Of a stretch of DNA of 64,000 bases, positions 42,285 to 52,004 are shown piece by piece. Position numbers and translations under genes: made by a program. How positions within the stretch are numbered: position 1 is the first letter of the stretch; each line of letters opens with the position of its first letter. The notes beneath the pieces were generated by a model that was not told the origin of the DNA, ran no database searches, and saw only the letters and a program-made list of their open reading frames with translations. This stretch comes from Candidatus Poribacteria bacterium (GTDB lineage Bacteria; Poribacteria; WGA-4E; PCPOR2b), in assembly GCA_965198175.1 (NCBI GenBank), contig OZ240245.1, positions 2,208,001 through 2,272,000 of the forward strand, given 5' to 3'.

Positions 42285-42629
42285 CAGATTAGTTGGTTCA
42301 ATCCCAAAACGCAAAACAGCGTTCGATTTGACCCACCAGTCCCTCCTTTTTCCAAGTCACCGTCCTAAATTATTGAACGGTTAAGACATCGGTTCGAATT
42401 TACTGATATAGTATAGCACAAATAAATGCAGAGACGCAACTTCAATCCCAGATTTGTTAGAAATTTCCCTTTGATGCTTACATCTTTCGCATATTATTGA
42501 GTGAATTTCAGATGTTTCTGGTGAGTAGCATTTAGTGGTATGAGCTTGGTTATGCAATTCCCTTGACTTCTTTGATAGTCTGATGTATCATCGGGCAGTG
42601 CGTTTGGATAAATTTTGAGGGAGCACAAG

Positions 42630-44537
42630 GTGGTGACACACGAAAAAAGCAGTTCAATCTATGTTGTAGATACCCCCCGAATTCGTTTTATATTCCGCGC
42701 CCTGATTTTCGGTTCGGTCCTGATTATACTCAACTGTTATTGGATTGTATCCGCGGAGAATCGGGTTGTGTGGGAATTGACAGACTTTTCCATTTTCCCC
42801 ACTGTGCTGTTTACCCTCTTTCTTGTGGCGCTGGTCAACCTTTTATTGAAACGCTTCTTCAAAGGTGCGCCTTTGAGCGAAGCGGAGTTAGCAATCATCT
42901 ACATCATGGTTTCGGTTGCGACAGCGCTTGCGGGACATGACATCGTCCGGCAGTTAGTTCCCATGATGACGACCCCCTTTTGGTACGCGACCGCCGAAAA
43001 CGAATGGGAAGCGCTCTTTTTCCGTTTCATCCCGTCATGGCTCGCTGTTGAAGATCGAAGTGTTTTACAAGGCTATTTTGAGGGAGATGATAGCTTTTGG
43101 CGGCGCGAGTATATTGATGCGTGGCTAACGCCCATTCTCGCATGGACGCTCCTCGTCGTGGTTTTGCTGTTCATGATGCTCTGCATCAACATTATAGTCA
43201 GAAAGCAGTGGATCGAGCATGAGAAGTTGAGTTATCCGCTGACTGTGATGCCAATTGAAGTCATCGGCGGCACCTCAAAACTGTTCTCCAACAGACTCAT
43301 CTGGATTGGATTTGGCATCGCTTTTAGCCTCGAAATCCTCGCTGGAATCAACCATCTTTATCCAATTGTTCCTGCGCTAAAAGCCAAGTTTGTTATTCGC
43401 TTTTTCGAAAAGCCGTGGAACTCGGTCGGTTGGGGAGGTACCGGGGGTTTCCCAGTCTATACCTACCCTTTTGCCATCGGATTTGGATATCTGATGCCTA
43501 TCGACCTATCGTTTTCGTTGTGGTTCTTTTACCTGTTTTGGACTGCTCAACGCATATTCTTCAATGCGATAGGCTGGACAACCGCAATCAGCTTGCAAGC
43601 ACAGCAAAGATCTGGTGCATGGCTGGGCATCGGTATACTGGCGCTTTGGACAAGCCGAAAACACATAGCGCGCGTGTTAAACGGCGTCTTTTCATCCAAA
43701 CTCGCCGATCCGCTGTATCGTATGGCATTGTTCGGAATCATCTTCGGAATGGGATTCATCCTCTTCTTCTGGTATCAGGCAGGGCTATCGCTTTGGGTGG
43801 CATTGGGGTACTTCGGCATCTACTTCATCCTCTGTATTGCGATGACCCGAATGCGGGCAGAATTAGGCCCACCGACACACGAATTACACAGCGCCCATCC
43901 GGATCAGATGATGATATGGATGATAGGTACCCGGCCGCTGGGCCCCGGGAATCTAACGAATACCACGCTTCTATCATGGCTGGCTTACGGTTATCGATGT
44001 CACCCGATGCCCCATCAGTTGGAAGGTTTCAAAATCGGATCGCATTTCCGAATCAGTGAGAATCGGCTAGTTGTGGCAATTATCGTGGCATCGGTTGTCG
44101 GTACAATCATGGCGATTGGCGCTCATGTAACGCTTTACTACAGATACCGCTTCCATCATTGGGGCGTTGGCGAAATTCACCGTCTGCACAGTTGGATCGC
44201 GTTTCCACAAACGACCGATATACCGGCAATCCAACACATGGGGTTTGGATTACTCTTTACGGTGGCGCTTACCATCCTGAAAAGACGTTTCCTGTGGTGG
44301 CCCCTTTACCCAGTGGGCTACGCTGTCGGAAATGGTTGGGTAATCGGTTGGCTGTGGTTTTCCATCTTCCTAGGTTGGTTATTTAAGCGGCTGCTCTTTG
44401 CTACCGGTGGAGTCACATTCTATCGACGGGCATTGCCCTTCTTCCTCGGTTTAATCTTTGGACAATTTCTCGCCGGCAGTCTGTGGAGCCTCATTGGCGT
44501 TCTGTTTAATACAAATGTCTACACGTTATTCCCATAA
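42630..44537 (+). CDS. Polytopic membrane protein, DUF6785/DUF6784-type (OPT-like putative transporter)
   Basis: RKQWIEHEKLSYPL, RMRAELGPP, RFLWWPLYPVGY, PFFLGLIFG. Confidence 0.75.
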   Translation: MVTHEKSSSIYVVDTPRIRFIFRALIFGSVLIILNCYWIVSAENRVVWELTDFSIFPTVLFTLFLVALVNLLLKRFFKGAPLSEAELAIIYIMVSVATALAGHDIVRQLVPMMTTPFWYATAENEWEALFFRFIPSWLAVEDRSVLQGYFEGDDSFWRREYIDAWLTPILAWTLLVVVLLFMMLCINIIVRKQWIEHEKLSYPLTVMPIEVIGGTSKLFSNRLIWIGFGIAFSLEILAGINHLYPIVPALKAKFVIRFFEKPWNSVGWGGTGGFPVYTYPFAIGFGYLMPIDLSFSLWFFYLFWTAQRIFFNAIGWTTAISLQAQQRSGAWLGIGILALWTSRKHIARVLNGVFSSKLADPLYRMALFGIIFGMGFILFFWYQAGLSLWVALGYFGIYFILCIAMTRMRAELGPPTHELHSAHPDQMMIWMIGTRPLGPGNLTNTTLLSWLAYGYRCHPMPHQLEGFKIGSHFRISENRLVVAIIVASVVGTIMAIGAHVTLYYRYRFHHWGVGEIHRLHSWIAFPQTTDIPAIQHMGFGLLFTVALTILKRRFLWWPLYPVGYAVGNGWVIGWLWFSIFLGWLFKRLLFATGGVTFYRRALPFFLGLIFGQFLAGSLWSLIGVLFNTNVYTLFP

Positions 44538-44606
44538 ACGATTCCATTCGTTTCTGCTTGAAAAAGCGTGTTGAAAATCCTTCCGGGTTATGCGATAATA
44601 GCTCAG

Positions 44607-44640
44607 GATCAAGCGACTGGATAAGGAGTGCGATAGTCTT
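44607..44640 (+). repeat. Dispersed copy of the GATCAA..GCGATAG repeat family
   Basis: 26/30 identical to 455-484; lies just after a TTGAAA-N17-GATAAT promoter (44571-44599). Confidence 0.6.
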
Positions 44641-44752
44641 GGTCTTCAGCTTTTTTTTGATCGGATTGAACGGCTGATGTGTAATCCTAAGTTACAGTGA
44701 CTACAAATCCTAGATTGCTGAGCACGCAATATTCAGGAGGCTTCGAAACACC

Positions 44753-46207
44753 ATGAGCACAGAAAATATCCTTCGTAACTACATTGGTAACGAGTGGCGC
44801 CATTCTAGCGCCAGCGAGTATCTAGACGTGAAAAACCCCGCCACGGCTGAGGTAATCAGCGCCGTTCCCCTTTCACCCGCCGCTGAAGTCGATCAGGCAG
44901 CGCAAGCCGCGTCTGAAGCTCTCGTCGAGTGGCGCCGCACGCCGCCGACAGATCGAATACAATACCTATTCAAACTGAAAAACTTGCTTGAAGAACACTT
45001 TGACGATATCGCTCGAACCATCACCCTAGAATGTGGCAAAACGCTCGATGAATCGAGAGGAGAAATGCGCCGAGCCGTTGAGAACGTCGAGGTTGCCTGC
45101 GGCATTCCGACGCTGATGCAAGGCTATAATCTCGAAGACATCGCCGCCGGCATTGACGAGATGATGATTCGCCAACCGGTGGGGGTATGCGCGGCAATCG
45201 CGCCGTTCAACTTCCCTAGCATGATTGTCTTTTGGTTTTTGCCGTATGCTATCGCCTGTGGCAATACCTACATTGTTAAACCGTCGGAGAAGGTACCGCT
45301 TACCATGCAGAAAATCTTCGGCTTGCTGGAACAGGTCGGATTGCCCGAAGGCGTAGTCAATCTGGTAAACGGCGCCAAAGAAACGGTGGATGCAATCTTG
45401 GATCATCCGACAATTAAAGCTATTAGCTTCGTCGGTTCGACGCCCGTCGCCAAGTCTGTCTATCGTCGAGCAACCGCGAATGGCAAGCGGGCGCAATGCC
45501 AGGGTGGGGCGAAGAATCCAATCATTGTTCTACCCGATGCAGATATGGAAGTCACACGCCGCACGGTACCTGAAAGTGCGTTCGGATGCGCCGGGCAGCG
45601 ATGTTTGGCGGGGTCGCTTGCGATCACTGTTGGTGAGGCGCGGAGTTGGTTTACTGACATCATCTCTGAGGCAGCGGCGAGCCGCGTTGTCGGCGACGGA
45701 TTGCAAGCGGACGTTGAAATGGGACCTGTGATTACACCTCAAAGCAAAGCTCGTATTGAGGGTTTAATTCAGAAGGGTGCGGATGAAGGCGCGAATATCT
45801 TGGTAGACGGTCGTAACGCAAGTATCGCTGGGTACGAAAATGGTAATTTCATTCGCCCAACCCTATTGGACGATTTAAATCCATCAAGCGAAATCGCGCA
45901 AACGGAGATTTTTGGTCCGGTTCTGAGTCTGATTCACGTCAACACTATTGATGAGGCGATTGCGTTGGTCAATAGCAGAAACTACGGCAACATGGCGTGC
46001 TTGTATACGAGTAGTGGGGCATCCGCCCGTAAATTCCGATATGAGGCAGAAATCGGCAATATCGGAATTAACCTCGGTGTTGCGGCGCCGATGGCGTTCT
46101 TTCCTTTCAGCGGTTGGAAAGAGAGTTTCTTCGGAGATCTACACGGTCAAGGACAGGACGCCGTTGAGTTCTTCACCCAGAAGAAAGTTGTCGTCGAACG
46201 TTGGTAG
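44753..46207 (+). CDS. mmsA: CoA-acylating methylmalonate/malonate-semialdehyde dehydrogenase
   Basis: [51 protein letters not shown]. Confidence 0.95.
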   Translation: MSTENILRNYIGNEWRHSSASEYLDVKNPATAEVISAVPLSPAAEVDQAAQAASEALVEWRRTPPTDRIQYLFKLKNLLEEHFDDIARTITLECGKTLDESRGEMRRAVENVEVACGIPTLMQGYNLEDIAAGIDEMMIRQPVGVCAAIAPFNFPSMIVFWFLPYAIACGNTYIVKPSEKVPLTMQKIFGLLEQVGLPEGVVNLVNGAKETVDAILDHPTIKAISFVGSTPVAKSVYRRATANGKRAQCQGGAKNPIIVLPDADMEVTRRTVPESAFGCAGQRCLAGSLAITVGEARSWFTDIISEAAASRVVGDGLQADVEMGPVITPQSKARIEGLIQKGADEGANILVDGRNASIAGYENGNFIRPTLLDDLNPSSEIAQTEIFGPVLSLIHVNTIDEAIALVNSRNYGNMACLYTSSGASARKFRYEAEIGNIGINLGVAAPMAFFPFSGWKESFFGDLHGQGQDAVEFFTQKKVVVERW

Positions 46208-46219
46208 CGGGCGATTGGG

Positions 46220-46687
46220 ATGAACAGAAGAAAAGTTATTTACCTTGCGAACCACTACGGTTTCTCAGACCAACAGCGGAAAACCTTGTTGCCGCCTCTC
46301 GTTGAGGCGCTCGAGGCGATAGGCTTAGAAGTATGGGAGCCGTTTGCGCGGAACAATGAGGACAGATCATCGCCCGGTTGGGCTTATCGAATCGGACAAG
46401 CAGACATGCGGGATGTATTGGAGGCGGACGCAATCTTTGCAGTCGTAAACGGCCTGCCGCCAGATGAAGGAGTAATGGTAGAGCTAGGCATGGCGATAGC
46501 CGCAGGCAAGCCTACCTTTCTATTTCGGGACGACTTTCGGCGCGTCGCTGATAGCGACGAATACCCGCTCAATCTTATGCTCTTCACCGGTCTGCCCCAA
46601 CAAGGTTGGAAACGCTTCTACTACACATCAATCGCTGATATCTCATCGCCCGATAAAGCCCTCGCGCCCTGGGCAAAAACAATGTAG
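46220..46687 (+). CDS. Nucleoside 2-deoxyribosyltransferase family protein
   Basis: IYLAN..GFS; PDEGVMVELGMA; LFRDDFR; NLML. Confidence 0.9.
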   Translation: MNRRKVIYLANHYGFSDQQRKTLLPPLVEALEAIGLEVWEPFARNNEDRSSPGWAYRIGQADMRDVLEADAIFAVVNGLPPDEGVMVELGMAIAAGKPTFLFRDDFRRVADSDEYPLNLMLFTGLPQQGWKRFYYTSIADISSPDKALAPWAKTM

Positions 46688-46704
46688 CGTCGTATCCAAA
46701 TATT

Positions 46705-46724
46705 CTCCCCTTGTTAAGGGGGAG
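46705..46724. repeat. Short palindromic CCCCTTgtTAAGGGG REP-like element / possible terminator
   Basis: ctccccttgttaagggggag right after the stop codon; similar cccttatcaaggg at about 609-621. Confidence 0.5.
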
Positions 46725-46927
46725 TTAGAGGGCGTCGAATGTTTGTTCCCTTGCCGTTTTCTTGGCATTCACAGTCTAATTTACCGTCAATGAGTGCTTC
46801 CTTCCTTGGCAATTTACGCCGGCAATGCCTTTAATCCATCCTATCCGCCATTCACCGTGTTATTGGACTATGACAGTATACGTAAGATTTGCTTCCATTA
46901 TAGTTTAGGATTGCATTGCCAATCGCT

Positions 46928-47254
46928 TTAGTTTGCACGCGGATCCCCTGATTTTATCTTCTCGTAAATGTGATCTATCAAATCTTCCGAGGTGTCATCC
47001 TTACGATTAGCTTCTCCTTCTCCCGATGGTTTATTTTGCAGATATTCCAAATGTCCTTTGCCGCTCCGTCTTAGAAAGGATGTTATATGTTTGTCAATAC
47101 CGTCAAGCGTGTCTATCATTCTTTCAAACACAAAGTGGTTTTGCGTGTCAAAGAACTCTTCACATTGTGTCAAATCCTTTCTTACTTCTTCTACGCTTCT
47201 ATGAGCTATTACGAGTTCCAAATACTTGTCCTTCTTGCTCCAATCTACTCCCAC
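46928..47254 (-). CDS. Hypothetical protein
   Basis: 108 aa; SD aggag before GTG; TTGACA-N17-TAATCT promoter-like site at about 47394-47422. Confidence 0.6.
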   Translation of the reverse strand: MGVDWSKKDKYLELVIAHRSVEEVRKDLTQCEEFFDTQNHFVFERMIDTLDGIDKHITSFLRRSGKGHLEYLQNKPSGEGEANRKDDTSEDLIDHIYEKIKSGDPRAN

Positions 47255-48010
47255 TGAAACTTCTCCTTTCGTGTGAGATCAGAATTGTCAATTTTGGGGT
47301 TACTCATTCTCGAATCGTTCACAGTGTCAAAGTGGTTTAGGACAGACGCCGGGGTTGGCGCACGTGATACCCCTCAACAAATGCGATACATTCAGATTAC
47401 CAAATCCCGTCCTGACTGTCAATCGTTCATTTCCCATCGCTCGCACACACCCCGAGGTTCCCGCCTAAGCCATGTCTCATTATTTTTTTTCTGCCTAACT
47501 TTCGTTTAAGTTTTGTAGAATGAGGTGAGCCGCCGGTACCACCGAACCTACATTACTTGATGCGGTGAATGATAACGTTTGGGCAGAAAAATTACAGTTT
47601 TTACAGTCTATAAAAAAAGGGGAAATTGCAGCGAGCGAAGCGGTGTTTTTGCTGGTTCCGGGCGCGAAATGATTTCCATATGTGTAGTAGGTATATGTGG
47701 GGCATTTCGATGTCGGCAGAGGTTAACGCATAGTGGTGAACGGGTTCGGGGGTTAAGTATGTTCAAAAGTTGAAGTTTATTTTGGTCGTTATAACCTTGT
47801 TACAAAAAGTAGTGTCATTTTTTGTATTTTCTGCAAGAGTTTTTCAAGAATTTCGTGGTGATGCAGCATTTGTAGGATGGGTAGGGCGGAGGTGGTAGGA
47901 TTGGCAACATAGTGAGGAACGGGTTCGGGAGGCGATTTGATCTTAATCTTAAGTAGAGTATTTGAACCAACGCATGAGCGCGGATGCTGGGTGGATGGGA
48001 TGCTCAACGA

Positions 48011-48070
48011 TCTGAAAACTTGTAAAAACTTGTAAAAGCTTGACAAAACTATGCAGCAAGCTGTAAAATA
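48011..48070 (+). repeat. Phased 10-bp tandem repeats (TGTAAAAACT-like) overlapping a sigma70-type promoter upstream of terS
   Basis: tctgaaaact/tgtaaaaact/tgtaaaagct/tgacaaaact; TTGACA(48040)-N18-TAAAAT(48064). Confidence 0.65.
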
Positions 48071-48211
48071 GTGGTTGATATAAATACATATACTATATAT
48101 ACCACTTTTAGGTTGTACGGTCTAAAAAAAGCGTGATTCGCGGGTGGCGGAAAACGGATTTTTGCACTGTGGGTCGCGACAAACTGATAATTGCACCATG
48201 GAGAAGCAAAC

Positions 48212-48766
48212 ATGAAACTAACAAAAGAGCGAATTGACATTTTGGCGAAAGCCTTACGTAACGGCACAATCATCAAGCATGCTTGCGTTGGCGCGGGCAT
48301 CTGCGAAAAGACGTACCACAATTGGCAGAACGAATTTTCGGACAAGGAGCTAGATCCGTTGGATCCGGAAGAAGCGCTCAACGAGGAACCTGACCGAGTC
48401 GACCTTCTCAGGTATTTTGTGCGCGAGGCCTCCATGGCGTTGAACGACTATTCTTCAGGGTTGTTGGAAAAGATTCATCAGGCGGACTCCTGGCAAGCGG
48501 CGGCGTGGATTTTGGAGAGGCGATTCCCGGAGGAGTTTGGGCGCCGCGCTGCAATGCGACACGCCGATGCCGTAGTGCACACGGAATCCGAGACGACGGA
48601 GCAAACACAGTCGGAGACAGGGAAACCGGAGGATAACCCGAGTCATCCGAACTATACCGGCAGACCCCCAAACGGGACCTTTGAGAAGTTAGCCCGACGA
48701 TGGGACGAACAACATTCCACGCAAAATGCGGGAGGAAGGAACGGTGACAAGATGCCAAATGTTTGA
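48212..48766 (+). CDS. Phage terminase small subunit-like protein (HTH)
   Basis: HTH ACVGAGICEKTYHNW; WQAAAWILERRFPEEFGR motif typical of TerS-like proteins; overlaps the terL start. Confidence 0.75.
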   Translation: MKLTKERIDILAKALRNGTIIKHACVGAGICEKTYHNWQNEFSDKELDPLDPEEALNEEPDRVDLLRYFVREASMALNDYSSGLLEKIHQADSWQAAAWILERRFPEEFGRRAAMRHADAVVHTESETTEQTQSETGKPEDNPSHPNYTGRPPNGTFEKLARRWDEQHSTQNAGGRNGDKMPNV

Positions 48767-50543
48767 GTGGCTGCAATCAAGGTTATGTTCACTTGATTGC
48801 AGCGAACAAATCACAGAAATAGAAAAGATGCGGGAGGAGCTTGCGCCCGGAGAACGCGGCGAATTCGATGAAATCGCCGCGTTCACGTCGATCGCCTACT
48901 TTGCGAAAGTTCATTTCCCCGATGTTACTAAATTGCCTTTCGGCAAACATCACACTGCGTTTTTTAACGCCATTCCCCGCGGTGAACGCGACAAGAAAGT
49001 GAATTTCTTAGCGCCTCGCGGCTCCTCGAAGTCGACTTGCCTTGCGGTTATTTACCCGATTCATTGCATCTTCTACAAGTATCTCTACGAAGAATTCGGC
49101 ATGCCGTGCGACAATTACATTCTTATCCTCAGCCGCACGTATGACAACGCCATTGACCGTATCAATGACATCCGGGAGGCGATTGAATCAAACGAAGCGT
49201 TTCAACACCTGAAGGGCAACGTTTGGGCGGAGCGGCGATCCATTACATCCAACGGCGTGCTATTGGTTCCCCAGTCTCGCGGCGGCAAGGTTCGAGGAAG
49301 TCTGTTCCGAGGCTATCGTCCCTCGTTAGTTATTTCGGACGACCTCGACGACCGTGATGCCATCAGGAATCCAAAAAGGCTTGAGAAAGATATGGACTGG
49401 TGGGAGTCCGACCTGATGCAGTGCGGCGACGAGAATACGAATTTTATCTGTGTGGATACGGTGAAAGCTGTTGAGGCGATAGCATACGGACTGCGCAAAA
49501 AACCAGCTTGGACGACGCACAATTTTCAAGCAATCGAGCATCCGCCTGAGTTGAAACACCCGAGGCACGAAGCGCTGTGGAAAGAGTATCGGAAAATCTA
49601 CTGCGATCGTGCGGTCGACCCATTGGAGCGTCAGGAAAATATTGATGAATTTTACGAAGCCAATAAAGCCGCGATGAACGAAGGCGTCGAGGAACTCTGG
49701 CACGAAAAGTGGTCCTATCGTAAGATTCGTGAAAAGGAATTTGAACACGGCAGACCGTTTATTCTGCGGGAATATCAGAATCTGCCGGTCGACCGCGCGA
49801 TGGCTTGGTTCCCGATGGATGAAGCGATTACCTTTGAGAGTGAGCGTTACGGACTGATGCGGTCCGACGGTCGGCTGGTCAACTGGGGGGAGCTTAGCGG
49901 CGCAACGGTCTTTTTAGATTGGGCAGGGGCAGGTGAAATCAGGGAACAAAACTGCTACGCCGCGGTCGTCACGATACTCTGGGAACCTGTACCTGGAATG
50001 AAGTATGATGACTCATTGACGTATCCAGCGTATGGGTATGTGTTTTCGGAAAAAATGCTAAGAGGTTCCCGTACCGAACAACTGGAAGTGCACATTAAAG
50101 AGTTAAGGGAAGTCCGGTCCTTCTTGGCGCCGATGCAGCCACGCGCCGACTATTTTCTGCGCTGTGAAGACATGGTGGACACGACCGGGGACATGAGACA
50201 AAACTTCGAGACTGAGTACAAACAACTTCGGGCGAAGTACAGCTTTCCAGAATATGTCCAGTATGTTCCTCGAATCAAGCGGAAAGATGACCGAATCGTT
50301 GCCCTCCAGTCACCGATAGAGAACGGTTGGCTCTGCTTTTCAAGCAAGTTGTCAGAACTCTATATGGATCAGATGAGGCATTTCCCTTACGGAGATTTCA
50401 ACGATGGTCCTGATGCGACGGAAGGAGCGTGGTCCCACCCCGTGTTCCGCCTACGCCCAGAGCCGATGCCGCCAGACATGCCCTGGGAAGAACCGAGGAA
50501 TACAGAAAGGCGATTGCCTGACTTTTGGGGCTACTGCCAATGA
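48759..50543 (+). CDS. Phage terminase large subunit
   Basis: Walker A APRGSSKST, VRG, RPSLVISDDLDD Walker B, EYQN.P, nuclease FLDWA...KDDRI...FPYGDFNDGPDA. Confidence 0.88.
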   Translation: MFEWLQSRLCSLDCSEQITEIEKMREELAPGERGEFDEIAAFTSIAYFAKVHFPDVTKLPFGKHHTAFFNAIPRGERDKKVNFLAPRGSSKSTCLAVIYPIHCIFYKYLYEEFGMPCDNYILILSRTYDNAIDRINDIREAIESNEAFQHLKGNVWAERRSITSNGVLLVPQSRGGKVRGSLFRGYRPSLVISDDLDDRDAIRNPKRLEKDMDWWESDLMQCGDENTNFICVDTVKAVEAIAYGLRKKPAWTTHNFQAIEHPPELKHPRHEALWKEYRKIYCDRAVDPLERQENIDEFYEANKAAMNEGVEELWHEKWSYRKIREKEFEHGRPFILREYQNLPVDRAMAWFPMDEAITFESERYGLMRSDGRLVNWGELSGATVFLDWAGAGEIREQNCYAAVVTILWEPVPGMKYDDSLTYPAYGYVFSEKMLRGSRTEQLEVHIKELREVRSFLAPMQPRADYFLRCEDMVDTTGDMRQNFETEYKQLRAKYSFPEYVQYVPRIKRKDDRIVALQSPIENGWLCFSSKLSELYMDQMRHFPYGDFNDGPDATEGAWSHPVFRLRPEPMPPDMPWEEPRNTERRLPDFWGYCQ

Positions 50544-50967
50544 TGTCGAATTTGAATTCCGCGTCTAGCGATAGGAGCAATCTAAGAGCTGATTACGCGA
50601 CCAGTACGGAGCCCGCGAGTCATCATAGTGTAATTCCCCGCATAACCTGTACAGTTGAATAAGATTGATAATCGTCTAATAGATTGATTCCTATATATAT
50701 AAAGTCGGATGGCAATATTTCGCGAACAATTTGAATCTATTGGTTAGCGTTAAAAGTAAATGACTTCGCTTTTGGAAACGCTTATTGCAATTATTACTAA
50801 ATGTGGTAGTTATACTCCTTGAGTGGCCTCTATGATGCAGGATTCTGGTCGTTTTTGAAATCGCTTCTACATAGGCAACCTTTTTCAATTGAAGGCATTC
50901 GCCTATTTACGCGTAAAGAATGTCATTAGAAAAACGGGATGTGCCCTTTCCTGGAGGGAAATTTATC

Positions 50968-51312
50968 ATGCAAAACATACTTTTTAATGTTTCACCGTTC
51001 CATGGAAGAATCAATCGAAAGCAATATGGACTATTTTGGTTAGCTGGGTTGCTCAATTTCTCAGTTCTAATTCTATCAGCTTTCATATTTGCAAAATTAA
51101 CTCCTAACGCGAGCCCATTACCCATAACTATACCATCATTCCTGTTAGGCATTTATTTAACTCTAGCAGCCAACATCAAACGACTCCACGACAGAAACAA
51201 GACCGGGTGGTGGATGTTAGCAGCCATTTTCCTACCAATAGCAATTTATGTTATCATCTCAAACTGCTGCATCAAAGGAACAGAAGGACAAAACAGTTAC
51301 GGAACACATTAA
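50968..51312 (+). CDS. DUF805 domain membrane protein
   Basis: GRINRKQY, KRLHDRNKTGWW, GTEGQNSYG; SD ggagg. Confidence 0.9.
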   Translation: MQNILFNVSPFHGRINRKQYGLFWLAGLLNFSVLILSAFIFAKLTPNASPLPITIPSFLLGIYLTLAANIKRLHDRNKTGWWMLAAIFLPIAIYVIISNCCIKGTEGQNSYGTH

Positions 51313-51416
51313 TCACCCGATAGTACCATTACGATTTGCATTTTTCAAGCGATAATCTTCAGCGAAAGTTTTGGAGTCAATGAATGGTAGTGGTTTTCGT
51401 ACGTTGGGTAGTTATT

Positions 51417-51604
51417 GTAGGTTGGGTTAAGCGGTGATGCCAATATTAGTGAGCTACAACGCATGCGTGTCGCGGTTTATAAAGCGCAAGATCTTTCAGC
51501 ACACAGCGTAACCCAACTCTTTTGAAACCTCCAGAACTCCAATAAAACGTTAGGTCTCGCTCCAACCAGACGAATTATGAATACATTAAGCCAACAAAAC
51601 CTAT
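51417..51604 (+). repeat. REP-like GTAG element (GTAGGTTGGGTTAAGCG...CGTAACCCAAC plus degenerate inverted half)
   Basis: gttgggtta/taacccaac inverted pairing; related to 424-518. Confidence 0.6.
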
Positions 51605-51814
51605 GCTCAATTATTCAGGTGGCTGATCGATTCCCCTCAACTCAATTCTTTTTATTGTTTATGATTGTGAAGATGTGTAAAAGTGAGAAGTTTGCTTTCT
51701 CTTTCAACGTATCTTACCGGCGTGCCGCGACTCCGACTGAAATGACTGTAAAGATAGAATCCAATTAGTGTGAAACACCCCGCAATGTTATCTTGAAAAA
51801 AATTACAATCGCCC

Positions 51815-51843
51815 TTGACAGATGCAACGTTTCTCCATACAAT
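51815..51843 (+). promoter_or_regulatory. Sigma70 promoter of the cas3-cas8-cas7-cas5 operon
   Basis: TTGACA-N17-TACAAT, about 160 bp upstream of cas3. Confidence 0.75.
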
Positions 51844-51879
51844 ATAGTTAATACGTGATAAGCAAATATTCAACCAACG

Positions 51880-51975
51880 GTAACCAAGCATCTCGAAACA
51901 TCGAGACGAAAAGCGGATTGGTAGGAGCATTGACCGCGTTACTGCAGGTCGGCAAGAATGCGACGTTTGGGTTGC
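51880..51975 (+). ncRNA. Putative structured leader RNA containing a degenerate CRISPR repeat
   Basis: 51898-51924 matches the last 27 nt of the array repeat at 20/27, including an exact GAAAAGCGGA; three predicted helices. Confidence 0.5.
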
Positions 51976-52004
51976 GAAGGTATAGGATTGAGTGAGGTTT
52001 TGTA

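Noticed and set aside
43415..44059. 214-aa alternative-frame ORF inside the membrane protein gene (and similar shadow ORFs across the window)
   Set aside because: It overlaps a well-supported gene and has no family motifs
46220..46687. Nucleoside deoxyribosyltransferase as an anti-phage effector
   Set aside because: It is tightly linked to mmsA, with no reverse transcriptase, kinase or sensor partner nearby
47789..48046. 85-aa minus-strand ORF in the repeat block
   Set aside because: Its sequence mirrors the nucleotide repeats and it lacks an SD
46700..51400. Complete prophage or integrative element with att sites
   Set aside because: No integrase, tRNA, portal or capsid gene, and no flanking direct repeat was seen
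51879..51925. c-di-GMP-I riboswitch (GACGAAAAGC resembles GACGCAAAGC)
   Set aside because: The GAAA is not closed as a tetraloop stem and the other conserved elements are missing; similarity to the CRISPR repeat explains it better
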